Source: Klebsormidium nitens (lineage: Eukaryota; Plantae; Klebsormidiophyceae). From it: a stretch of DNA of 64,000 nt. The position numbers and the translations under genes are program-made. Positions within the stretch are counted from its first letter, which is position 1; each line of letters opens with the position of its first letter. Location: positions 62,001 through 126,000 of the forward strand of contig DF236993.1 in NCBI GenBank assembly GCA_000708835.1, read 5' to 3'. Below the pieces are notes generated by a model. That model ran no database searches. It was given only the letters and a program-made list of their open reading frames with translations, and was not told the origin of the DNA. Shown here in pieces: positions 34,401 through 46,300 of the stretch.

Positions 34401-37400
34401 AGCATTGATCTTTGCACTTCGGTTTTCCTGGACTGGCTACCATAGTTTCCCTTGGCAACGATTCACATTTCTCCCTTGATGAGAATCGATTATCTACACT
34501 TGAAACTCTGAACTGAGGTCGACCTGGCTGCAGGAAAGACCCTCCGCATTCTCCCATTTCAGATCTCAAATCGGTGAACTTTCGGATTCAAGATCAGACT
34601 TCCTTGCGGCCGACCTGGTGCAGATTGCGCTGATCCAGATTGATTGAGTGGACTAGGAATCCAACCCGGCTAGCTTCAGGATTCATGCGCTGGCTGGCCA
34701 GATAAGATCCAGATGATCCAGATGACTTTGAACTTGAGGAGAAAGATTCGGGCTCCGCTTACGCCATGATTGGTGAACTTGACAAAGCCAAAGCCTCGGT
34801 TCTGCTTGCGTTTGGGATCGGCCCTTGGGGGCGACTCTCCGGTGGATGGCGGCATGGCTAGCTCGATAGACACGACGTTCTGAAAGGTCTGTCTCACGAG
34901 GGCCTCTAGATCTGATGGGCTCCACTCTGATTGGACACAAAGAGATCGAAGATGTGAATAGGCTCTGGTTGGATAAGCTGGAAGGGTGCTCATGCTTTGA
35001 TTGACAATACAGATGCTGATTTGAACAGGCCCTGATGTGAATGGGCGAGTTTAAGAGGCGAGGTGCCTTAATAGCGTCAATTGAACCCCCAATGAATCAC
35101 TTTCAGTACATTCTCAAGCCGATTCAACCTTCACGATCCCACCTAAACAAGCCCTAACTGATACTGCCACTGCAACAAGCGAGCAGGATAAATCCCACGT
35201 TGATTCTGGGGTCTCGCTCTCATTTAGAGCAGCCGTGTCATCGCTCTACTACTCTTCCGAGGGCGCTTCATCCCAAACATAACTCACCCTTCCTCAGGTT
35301 GCCAAGGAACAATGTGTCCTGCTCGTTCGAAATAGTCACTCCGATCCTCCTCCCTTGTACCTGGTGAAAGGAAGAAGCTTGTTTAGTACAGCCAGTGCTT
35401 GTTACAGCTTTGCAGGCAGCATACTCGAGCAGGATTTGAACCATAAGATGCTAGGAAACACTCTGTTGAAGACACCGTAAAGTAAGATAAGCAGCACGGG
35501 AACCACTGGAGAACATACATAAGAAGATGAAAAAGAGGAGTTGAAGTGTATAACAACTCCTCTTAGAGCAACAAAGAATGTTGAGAATGAGGTTTGAAGA
35601 TCTAAGCAAAGCAACAATTTCCAGCCCAAACAGGTCAGGACAGAAGACAATCAAGCTAGAAGACAAGGAACACAAACTAGACGCGCTCGGATCAAGTGAA
35701 CAAAACAGGGGACTTCTAAATGGTTCCTTGCTACGAATCCAATGAGAAAAAGGTCACAAAACTGGTCAAGAAGCCAACTCACGAAAGTCGCGTCATGCAT
35801 ATGCACTGCGTTCTGCGCCGACTCCTTGTTTGTGAATCGGATGAATGCAAATCCCTGCAACAGACATACCGGCACCGGTCACAAACGCTGTGGCACTGAA
35901 GTCGTCCTTCCACTTACGCTGATGTCCAAAGTCATGGATAATTCGTAACGGCCTATCTAACTTTGGATTTTATGGCTCCATGAAAGGCTGAGAGATGTAA
36001 AACCAAGGCATCAAAGCTCCCTTCCTGGCACATTTTCAAAAGATGGACACGAAACTTTGAAACTTCCTCCTGCAACATGGCTTGGGCTTCAGGGAACCCT
36101 TAGCAAGCAACTTACCTTTGGGCCCCCGGCCTTGTCATGCATCAACCTCAGCTCCACAATCTCGCCCGCTTTGCAAAACATCTACAGGCATTGAGGCAAT
36201 GAGATCTCCTGGAATCATTACAGAGGGGTTTGCAGCAACGGGGTCGCTGCATGCTATCTACAGGCTGGTCTTAGCTAGCCAGAATGTCCACGCAAACAGA
36301 TGTCCCAAAATTGGAAGTATCTCATGCCGATATGCTCCCTTGTATCAATTTCCGACGGTTTGTAACAACAAAATGAGCTTCCCAAGTAAAAATAAGTGCT
36401 GCGTCAAAAGCGTTATGCTGAGTACTGTGAGAATTGGCTTCGGGGTCCAAACTGAGCTGAGCCTGGTGGCAGCGAATGACCTCCTTGGGGAACACATGCA
36501 CTAGCCAATAGATCTTCGGACCAAACCCAAGCACAATGATAACCATAAGTCAAAGCATAACTTGAGAACTGCCGCGCCTGTCTCACCTCTCGGAGGTCCT
36601 CCTCTGTGGTCATCCGCTGGAGCCCTCCCACAAAGACCTCGGCCCCCTTAACCCGGTTTACCATGTTGTTAGCGTCCTTGACCCTGTCTCCACCCCTTGC
36701 CTCTTCCCTCTGCCCCCTCTGCTCTTCTTTCTCATCCTCAGCATCATTGTCTGTTTGCATCCTAGCCAGGGCCTCTTCGACCTCCGCTTCCTGTTGGTCA
36801 ATCAACTTACCCCTGCTCTCTTCTTCCATGCTTTTGGGTTTCACGGTGGTGGCTTCTGGGTCAGCGTTGCCGGCTTCTCCTTCAACCTTGGGACTTTTAG
36901 AGGTTTCGGGAGGTGGTGCATCAGTTTCTGGAAGCTCCATGGCCATAGGGGTTTCTGGGGCTGCTTCGACGTCTTGGTTGCGCTTTCCAAGCTCCTGTAG
37001 AAAGAATGACAACATGCGAATGACGCGGTGGTGCCAGAGTGCAGGCAAACGCTCCAAGCGAACATCATGACTGGTTTCGCTGTGCAATGCAGTTGCAGCT
37101 CTGAAACAACATACAATCAACTAAATATATATGTATGCACCCAGAAACTAGAGATGGTGGTGCATCCTAAGGTGGTGCATCCAGCAAGAGACTCTTTTCC
37201 AGACGTGTAACGGCTGTCTGATTCTAAGCAAAGTGCAAGTCGTGAAAAAGACTGGCAAGACAGCCGCTCAAATGCATCTATGCTCACATTCTCAAGTTTT
37301 CGCACCTTGGAAAGTACATCTGCAACCTGCACATTTGTATTAACGTCTGTTTGATCAGCAATTCTTGAACTGGCCAACGGAAGAAAGAGATAAATTGCTC

Positions 37401-37605
37401 TCAAAAAGCACCCACTCACGTTGGTAGCTGCCTCTTCCTGCTTGTCGACTAAGGTCTGGTGGCTCTCCTCGGGCTCCGATACCTCTCGCGTTGCCTCCAT
37501 GTTCAAATCAATCAACAGTGGACGCTCCTCACTGCTTTCTTTCGCTCCGCCACTGCCTGTCGTGGATAAGGAGAGCGGAATGCAAGCATCGTTGTCGGTC
37601 GCCAT
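28402..37605 (-). CDS. hnRNP Q/R (SYNCRIP)-like RNA-binding protein: acidic N-terminus, 3 RRMs, RGG/Tyr-rich region, hnRNP-Q acidic-domain-like module; 3' end not resolved
   Basis: Exons (minus): 37605-37420, 37326-37306, 36994-36587, 36181-36116, 35854-35783, 35360-35288, 34926-34763, 33868-33749, 33337-33257, 32519-32376, 31701-30982, 30605-30372, 29418-29213, 28556-28402. RRM1 AEVFVGGL...KGFAFIRF; RRM2 TLFLGNL...NRGFGFVKF; linker VVDWADTDPEIPEEEMAK; RRM3 TAFLGNL...VAFVHY...VQLAKP; then LDSLRDLPEQAAASVLDQFSSMDLRAVRSKGAYL. Confidence 0.9.
30095..30460 (-). repeat. ~158-bp tandem duplication of an exon 3' end plus donor in the hnRNP gene (2 copies plus remnant)
   Basis: CCTCACCCGCGCTACTTCTCC-TCGAGGTAAGCCCCCTTGCTGCGCACCGCC-GCAGGTCCATGCTGG occurs at about 30366 (true exon end) and about 30208; remnant GTGCAGGTCTTGCTG...AAGCACGGCAAGTC at about 30102-30142. 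Confidence 0.92.
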
Positions 37606-38596
37606 TGTCTTTTGCTGCCTGCAGTGTGCTCAGGCTCTCCAGCTTCATGCAGAGTGTCCCATGCAATATTATACCTCTAGCCTTGGGCGCGCAGATTCTG
37701 CCCTGGTGTGAATTGCAGCCTAGCTGTGACCTGGACGTCATGCCATGCCAGGGTCAAGGCTCAAACCTCAGGCTCAGGCAGCAGGCTCCAATGTCTGAAG
37801 ACCGCAAGTGATCCTTCAAGATTTTGTTGGATTTGGCAGCTTTCCGTACGTTCGATGAAACGCATCGACGGATTGCACTCGGGATGCGGTGTTGAATCCG
37901 TAGGAAGCCCGATATGAGTTGGATATGACACACAGCCTGCTCCGCCAGCGACGGCCACACTAGCTGCACAGCCTTGAGTCGAGAAATTGTTTCATGAGTT
38001 CGTCTCCAACGACCGACTGTCGCAATTTGCGGATCACATGAGGGTCGAGAAGGATGCATTACACTGCAATTATAATGGTTTCCAGCTTCGTTGCTACGAG
38101 AATATCCAGCTGTTCCAGACGTACGTGATACAATGAAAACGGACAGCCTTTCCCAATTTCCATCCCTGACTACTGTAACTTGTGTAAGTGCTGTTTTTCA
38201 AAACTGCACGAGCACATAAAGAGTCGATAAATCAAGCACGAGACACTTCAGATCGTTGCGTTGCATCAGCGTCTCCTATGCGACATGCTGATTAATCTGC
38301 GTATGTGGCTTGCAGTATGCCAGATGCAATGCTGCCAATAATTTGTGTTGTGACTGACAATGTGTTGCATTCGCAGCCTGCGCAATATCTGCTATTGGAA
38401 TATGCTGATCACATACTTGACGCCAAGCAAGCTTGATCCGCAAGGTCGCAACTTCAAAAACGTCCCTAGATGATGAAGCAGGCTCTCATTTAAAGCTCGT
38501 CAATATGAACGGACAGGTTGCGAAAGTAATACATGTTTGACTCCAAGCAAGCGCCGCCTAGAATTGCATATCTACGGGGAAGCATTCGCTGTCCCT

Positions 38597-41500
38597 TTAA
38601 GCCAGCTTCTTGATTCCCACGAACGAAGGCCGCACCTCCACAATTGGCTCTCCAAAACCGACCGCATCTGCAAAGAGCCCTTGCTTAGTGCCACTGGATG
38701 TTGGTTTTTTGAATCTTGAATATAGTGGCCACGGCATGGAAAAGATACTTGATCTACTTCGTAGCCTATGTACTCGAGCTCTTGCTAGACCACCTTCTTC
38801 GCGTTCCTAGATGTTTGACAAACCAAGGTTCAAAGCGTGCATTCTGGTGAGAATTGTGTACCATAGAACATGGCAAGTCAGACCTTGTTCGCCACGCTTA
38901 GAGCTGATCACAAGCATGCAGGCGGGAAATGATGTGCTTGAGTATTGTGACATAACTCACCCCCGTCTTCCACCAGGAAGTTGATGATCTCTCCAGAGAC
39001 AGTGGACTGCAAAACAATCGTACTCATGTTCAGCGTGAGGCTTTCTGACGTCATAGATAAGTACTAGGTCTTGAAAATCACCGCGTAAGAGAACTGTTTG
39101 AACTCTCAACGAGACCAAATATTAATACAAAAGTGATCTCGTGGCAAGGGCCGATCAGTCAGTCGCTAAATTAGAAGACCGTTGCAAGCTGCGTGAGCCA
39201 TCCACGCAGTCATGCAACTTCTTCGCACACCATAACGCGGGTGACCGAGCACCTTCTCGATGCCTGTCCAACGCTCGACAGGCCCACGTTCGAATCGACC
39301 ACAAGAAGGACGGCACAAAATCTGTCATCTCAGAAAGACGACATAGAGCAGACCGTTCGGCAGACACCTTTTAGGCCGTCAAGCAGGCGCGCACCTGCCT
39401 CCGGTCTGTCAGAAACAAGCCAGATGTAGATAGAAGCGAAACAGGGTGCAAGGGTTCTCACCTCGATGGGCTGCTGTGTGCCCAGCTGCTCGACGTAGCA
39501 GATGACCTGGCCCTCCTTCACCACTTGGCCCTGTATCAAAACAACGAAGGCGCGTAAGGATGAGTTTTTAGAGGCAAGCCTCAGACACTTCTGGAGCAAA
39601 GGCTTTTCTGAAGCACCAACTTTGATGAGTCGACGGTGAATGGAGCAAAACATCCACGTGGCACATTCGTTATACAAGGCCCCAGCTCTGGCAATGACAT
39701 CCGCATTTCCAAATGCAGATAAGTTTTCTGGAAACACCAAAGTGTAGCCCTTTTTGAGTACGATCGAGGCAACTCTTGACTTCGTCAGACAACGTCGCCA
39801 GAGAGACAGGTCAGACTTCAATGAGCGCAGGTCCCTACGTTTTCAGCCCCGGAAATTACCAATCCTGGCAAGCAAAGCTGGGAGTGAAGCAAAGGCAACA
39901 CAGCAATACGAACGTGCGCGCAAACCATGAGAAGCTACCTAAAAGGAAGCGCTGGCTCGTCAACCTACCTCGTTAGCGACGGACCTGCCTTGCTTGCCCT
40001 TACGCGCCCGGCCTCTCCTCAACACGCCGACCTGTCAAACCGATCAGGATGATGGGACACACATCAACACCTCGAAGAAGTTCATCTGGTCAAAAACATA
40101 CGAGACTCGCCCGTTCAATCTGCGTCAGGCTGCGCATTGGGCCCCTCTTGAGTGATCCTTTCACTCTGTCACCTTGACATGGGACAACTAGGTATGTGTG
40201 GAATAATAGATTTTGTGTTTATGATTAGGGTGATAATTGGAAATCGAGGCTGTCTTGTAGCGGCCTTTCAAAATCCAGCCGAATATCTCTTTGTACTTGC
40301 CCACCACATCTTTCAAAGCTTGCTAAACTCAGCAGAACAACAAAAATATTTTATCGATCTAAAAAGCTTGAGCACGCACCCTGGGTGCCAGCACAAAGTC
40401 GAGCCCCTCGTCCGGGCGAATCTCGTCTTCCGCCAAAGGCGCCTCCTTCTTGGGGGCTTCCGCCGGCGTCGTCTGCCTGGCCCGCAGGACTTCTTCCATG
40501 GAGACGTGAGGAGGCACGGGGGGCGTCGGGATCTCGAGCAGCGAGGCCTGGTGCGCAGCATGATGCGCGGCCCGCTCCCCGCTGACATCACGCAACACAT
40601 GCAGCCGGAAGCTGCCGACCTGGGGGGATGGGAGATACGAGTTGATACTGGGGTCAGTGTGGCGGGCATAGCAACATCCGTCCACATCTCACACTTGTGA
40701 TATTAGCAGGATGGGGGATGGGGATTAATGAGCAAGATCAAGGGTAGCACTGTGATTGGAGGGTGAGATGCACTAAGGAGGTCCAAGTAAATGGGTCCAC
40801 CTGGGGCCAAGGGAAGGGTAGACAAAGAGGCTATTCTATCCAATCAACTATATGCAGTTTTGAGCTGCTAGGTCTCAAAGAAGTAGAAAACATCTGGAGA
40901 AGATGGTGTGCAGATTGACAATGGAGGGCACTAAGTTGCACAGGCCTCTGACTGGGTTCTTTGCACTGATTAGCACGTGCAAGAGATTGGTGTTTCTCTG
41001 AGGCTCGCGCTTTCATTGCAGTTGCCGGGGGACGAAGCTTTACCTTCAACTTCAATTCTGCAATGCTAGTTTCATCGCAGAGTTCCACCAAAAGTTGCTG
41101 GACCTGCAAGCACCAAAGACCGAGCATGATTGTGTTTCCGGACCGATCGCTTTGCAGACAACAGGGCCCAATCAACAACTGGTCGGACGGGCAGATTTTA
41201 AAGAAATTATCAAAATAGCTTCAGCTGGTTAAGATGACAAGTGGATCGAGTGCCTGGAAGTGGAAAAAGTTGCAGAATCAACGTTGACCCTTCCCTGGTC
41301 GAAGGGGACTTGAGAAATGTTTTGTGATTTCTGAAGAAGGCCCCAAAGCCAAGAATGTGCTTCTCAGCTGCGTGTTCTGGCACCCTCACTGCAAGTCCAG
41401 AACGTTGATTCAACAAAGCCCTGAAAACTTGCCCAGCCCCATGTTGCTCAAAGAGACGCGGGCGGGTTTTCATCAAAAGCCTACCTCAAGTGCATTTGGC

Positions 41501-42488
41501 GATAGTGCGCTTTCTAGGAAGGACTCCTCAGCCTCATCTTCTGCCTCAATGGCTTCCGCCGCTGCATTTCAATCCAGCAAACACGTCAGGACTGATCAGG
41601 AACCGACTCATGACCACTAGCGTTTAACAGGAATTGTGGGGTTGCTACCAACCCTGAAGCAATGTGTCTTTGTGTCCCTGAAGCCAGCCTGATGCACTCC
41701 TTATTAATTTCAAATCCAGTGGCAGTAGTTTCGTGCGATCTTTAGCAAGCCACTTGAAAGCCAACTCGTTCACTCGCACTCACCTTCGACCGCCGCCGCA
41801 CAGCGAACCCCAGCTTGTCTAAAATTCGGCACATGCTGCCGCGCATTTGTCGCGCATGGTACGAGTCTCCGTCCGGCCCAGGCCTTGGCCAAGGGGGCAT
41901 TCACACCCACTGCTTTACACCGGCTGCAACCGGCAGAGCCAGCCAAACGAGAGGCCACCGAAGCTGGAAAACCAGGAACTCGATCAGTCATCAATCAGAG
42001 CACAACGCAGGACTGGCAGCTGTACTGCACTCAAAAATATGATCGGGCCATTTTGGAGTAAAGGGTTGAAGTAGGAGCAAGGCATCGGTGGAGCACCCAG
42101 CCTTCTTTACTTGTCATCCCTTCACCTTTTCATCGACGAAACTGGCACCCTCCTGCATTCTTGAATTATCGCACAAGCAAATCATGAAACGAGATGCATG
42201 CTAATAATGCGCAGTGGCAATAAGAAAAAGCGCCCTAGATCTCATGCAGCTACATGGATAGTCGTTCAAGACTTCACTACCCGGACGTCACAGATCCAGT
42301 ACCTTTCATGCTCGTGGATGTTAAGTTTGCCTTACTACACTTGACATTGCGGCTAATGCGCCTGCTGGATTGAATGTGCCGCTGTTTTTTTACATAGACA
42401 TTAGCGCCACGATAATGAGACGACAACAACTGTCAAACTGCCCCCAACATGACTCACCAACTGAGGTACGGGACAATGCTGCAGCCAT
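38597..42488 (-). CDS. BADC: Biotin-attachment-domain-containing protein (BADC / BCCP-like), plastid acetyl-CoA carboxylase-associated
   Basis: Exons (minus): 42488-42458, 41963-41784, 41561-41485, 41103-41044, 40619-40380, 40031-39969, 39530-39462, 39006-38961, 38667-38597. Transit-peptide-like start; VQQLLVELCDETSIAELKLKVGSFRLHV; lipoyl/biotinyl domain GQVVKEGQVICYVEQLGTQQPIESTVSGEIINFLVEDGDAVGFGEPIVEVRPSF. EQLG replaces the biotinylated EAMK motif, which is diagnostic of BADC. Confidence 0.92.
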
Positions 42489-43346
42489 TGCACGAGCAGG
42501 ATCAAATGCGCGAGTCCTTTCTTGTGGCAACTGAAGGACTGCCCGCAATGAACAGACGCTTTTGCCGTTTGACGCGCTACTTTTTGCCGTTGCGCATTGC
42601 CTTCAAATGAGGCTCAAACACCGAGCAGCGACAACCAGAAAAAAAAGTATGTACAAAGAAATCAGCTGGCTGCACTGCCCGTTGCTGGCAAACCCTAGCT
42701 ACTTTCCTGTCAAGTATTGCACAGAGAGGAGTAATGAACAATGATCATTGATGTCCAGCAAGGAAAGACGAAGCGCAATTAGCGAGCAGAATGCAGCCTC
42801 AGGATGGGTGCAGGTGCCTGCAGACGATTTCGCACAGTGCATTTGCCACATGCTGACCTGGCATGTGGGTTCCAAATTTCCCTGTAGGCAGTACTGAAAT
42901 CTTTGTTGAGAATTAGTTCCGAAACGATGTAAGGCCTCGGCTTTGAAGGTACCGAATCTAGCTAGAGGGAGTGTGGACGAGATGAGACTCTTGAGGGTGC
43001 AAGACCATTCGATTAACGGCATCGGACTTGCTTCAACCGTCGATAAGTCGGATAAGTACTTCACAGACTCCACAACTGCACAGTAGCCCGAAACCTCAAC
43101 CTAGTTCGGCAGGATGGTCGTCGTCGAGAATTTTGCTCAGAGTCATGGCTTTTGCCTTTCGCACTGGCACTGTTCAGCTCATTGAAGAAAGCTTTCACAA
43201 GTTCAAGTTTCAGCAGTGCAGCAGCACAAGCTTGTGCATGATGCAGTGATAGGCACAGACACCCCACTATCCTCTTCTCGTGTCCTCTCCATCAGCACAC
43301 GTCTTCCTTTGTTCCTTGCTTTCACAATTTGTCAACAGGGGTGTCC

Positions 43347-46300
43347 ATGATGGAGACCGCGACGGCCACATTCTCGAATTGCTTGAGGTTTCCAGCCGCC
43401 GTGAGGAGCTCACCTCCGTGCAGCAAGGTGAATTGGTTCAATTCTTGCTCCAATTCAAATGTGCTTGAAGCTAGACACCAATTGAGCCTGCGAAAATGAA
43501 TGTGCTATGTCAAAAGAAGTTGGACTTCGAATGCAGTACTTTGCAATAAGTCTGTCTTTCGAAAAAGGTGGGTTTCTTGCCATTGGCCAAAGGCTTGCAT
43601 TGAAAAAGTTTTTGGATGCAGTGTGCAGCTCTGCTTATGTGATTTTTTGTAACACAATGGTTTATAAATACACCGCTTCACCTCATTGAAGTTTCTTAGT
43701 CATTTTGTGTCACTTACTTGCCCAGAAGCAGAAATGTGCACATGAGGCACTGCCTTCGTCAGTGACCTTGACTTATGGGAGCAGCCACAGGGAAAAGAGA
43801 CTGTTCAGAGGTTGTAACTCACATGAGAAAACCAGAGAATACAGAGAAAGTTCAGCAGACAGTCTGCTTTCTTCCCTATCCATTGCACTTCAGGCTCAGC
43901 TCAAAGGTCCTCAGAACCATGCTTATGCACGAACTCCAGCTCTCTTACAGAGCATGTGCCAAAACATGAGATTCATTTAGTCTGTGCTACTGTGTGAAGA
44001 AGTAAAGAGTATGCTGAAATGAACTCTTTCTTTCTTACAGGTCAGGGGGCTAGTGCTGGTAGCGTCTACAATCCTTCAGCGCCAAAGCTATTTCAAGCAA
44101 TGCTGCCTCCCCCTTTCCACCCATTTCTTGAAGCCGGTAAGCAGATTTGCGGTGGGGCCATCCCCAGCCACCAATGGAAGGCGGGCTGCACCAATCACAG
44201 CAGTACAAACAGCGGAAGCAGGTATGATCTCCAGATTAATCTCCTTGTTTTTCTACTGTGCCACCAGAAAACTGCAGTGGCCCTACATCTTGACTTGATT
44301 GACTTGTAGGCCCTTGCAAATATTTGGGCGCAAGCCCCTTCTTAGAAGATTTGAGCACCTCATGATTGAAAAGCAGAGAGGTAGATGAGGGGGCACTTTT
44401 CCTCATCCAGATGCTCAACTTTTTGATTTCTTTGAGCTGATGAAGAATGACTGTGAGTCTAATGCGCACTCTGGTGTACAGCAGTGCGAACGTCCGAGCT
44501 GGACGCCGTTTCCCAATTCAGTGAGATTGTTCCAGACACCATCAACTTTGATGACAGCGAAGGGTGAGTATTTATTCTACCCCTTGCGTGCTGGGTGAAC
44601 ATTATGGGGGAATTGCAGAAGATAGAACAAGGGAATTGCAGAAGATATAAAAAGGATGACTAATGCATCACGCCCCTCTACACCTGACTTTCATCGTCGG
44701 TGTTTGATGGTACTACAGTGTGCTTGATCCTGAAACCCCAATCTCTACTTGTAAAGCAAGCCTTTGAGAGAAAGACTTTCACGTTCAGGAAGCCAGAAAC
44801 TTTGCTTCTCAAAGTTGTGAATATGTTGGGATGTCCTTTGTTTTTCATCTTGAAGACAAAATTGACTGTGCAGCTTCCTCGCCACGGCTGCCACAGTGAC
44901 GCCAGGGTTTCTTGTCAGCTTGAGCAACCAGGCAGGGGGAAAGCTCAAGGTCAGTACCACATCCTTGTCCATCTCCCTCTCAGGCTGCTTATCAGGTAGA
45001 CATTCTCCTTGCTAAGCTCAAATTTGCCCTCCTGATACACCAGGAGAAAGTGCAAGCTATCAAAGCTGGCATTCAACACCACCACTGGGCTTGATTTGGT
45101 TGTAAACTTCAGTTTCACAAAAGTTGCACCCTCCTGGCTGAGTTTCTCATTGCTCTATGAGTAGGAACTTCGACCTCCGCTTCTCCTTTAGTACTCCCGT
45201 CCGTCAGCTGATGTGGCAAAGGCCAGCACGAATCTTAGAATCTTCCCAATGGGTTCGAACAACGCTCAGTTTAGAGTTGGGACCAAAGGACTTGGGGCAC
45301 ACAATATGACCAAATTTAAATGTGTCTTTTGCAGGACGCTGTGGATTCTGCTTTGGGTGCTGACTGCAAGCTGGAGGATAACAGCATGTCGTGCTTCTTG
45401 GACAAGGTAAGCGGCCCCTGATGCGTTTACACCAGTTTTCTGGCGGCTGATGACTCCCATGAATGACACTATCCTGAATTACTTCTCTTTTGACCCGCAT
45501 AATGATCAGATTTCACTTGCTAAAATGTTATGAGCTTTTCAACTTGAAGCCCTTTCACTGTACAGGGTTCGTGCGATATTGACAGCACACTGGATCTCAG
45601 TCGATCATCAATAAAGCAACCCCCGAGCCTGAACCGGCTACTCCGCAATGCTTCTAAGCTTAAGTCTCGCTGGATATACCCCGAAAAAAGACTTCATACT
45701 CTACTCCTTTGAGCCTGGAAGGGTCGGATTGATGAACTTCTCTCGTTCGCACAGGCCATGGTGAACGTTGGAGCGATCCTCTCCCGGCGTGTGTCCGGCA
45801 AGGTGTCGAACGACATCGACGCACGGATTGCGCACGACACGCAAGCCATTCTCGACAAGGTGCGTACGATTCTATGCTTCGGGCGCTGTCAGAATAAACT
45901 GCTCTTTTTCTGGATTCCTTTTCCATTCTCTCGTATGGTCTGCCGGGCTTGACACATTTCCCTGCTGGAGAGCACGTGCCTCGAGCAACGAAGCGATGAA
46001 CTTGCCCCTGCTTTCTTCGTGGCAACGGATATCCTTTCAAGTATACTAGGGATTAGCTTCAAGAAGCGATTTGGCTCTCTCCATTGCCTACGCAAGCGCT
46101 ATGTGGCAGAAAGAACGACGTTTCTGTTTGAACGAATGCAATGAGAAAGTCCTTTCAGACTGCCAAGGAAACCGTTTTCAAGAACGGGTTTTTAAGCCGA
46201 CGGTCCCAAAGTGGTCGAAATTAGTAACCAGACCGTCGACAAACTCGGGCTATTGCCAAGGGGGGTCGTTGGTATCGGCGCCTGAGTCTACGTTCTCCCT

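Noticed and set aside
35880-35960. LRIIHDFGHQ segment as the RRM1 middle exon
   Set aside because: The phase is incompatible. A better exon (36181-36116, MFCKAGEIVELRLMHDKAGGPK) fits both neighbours in phase 0.
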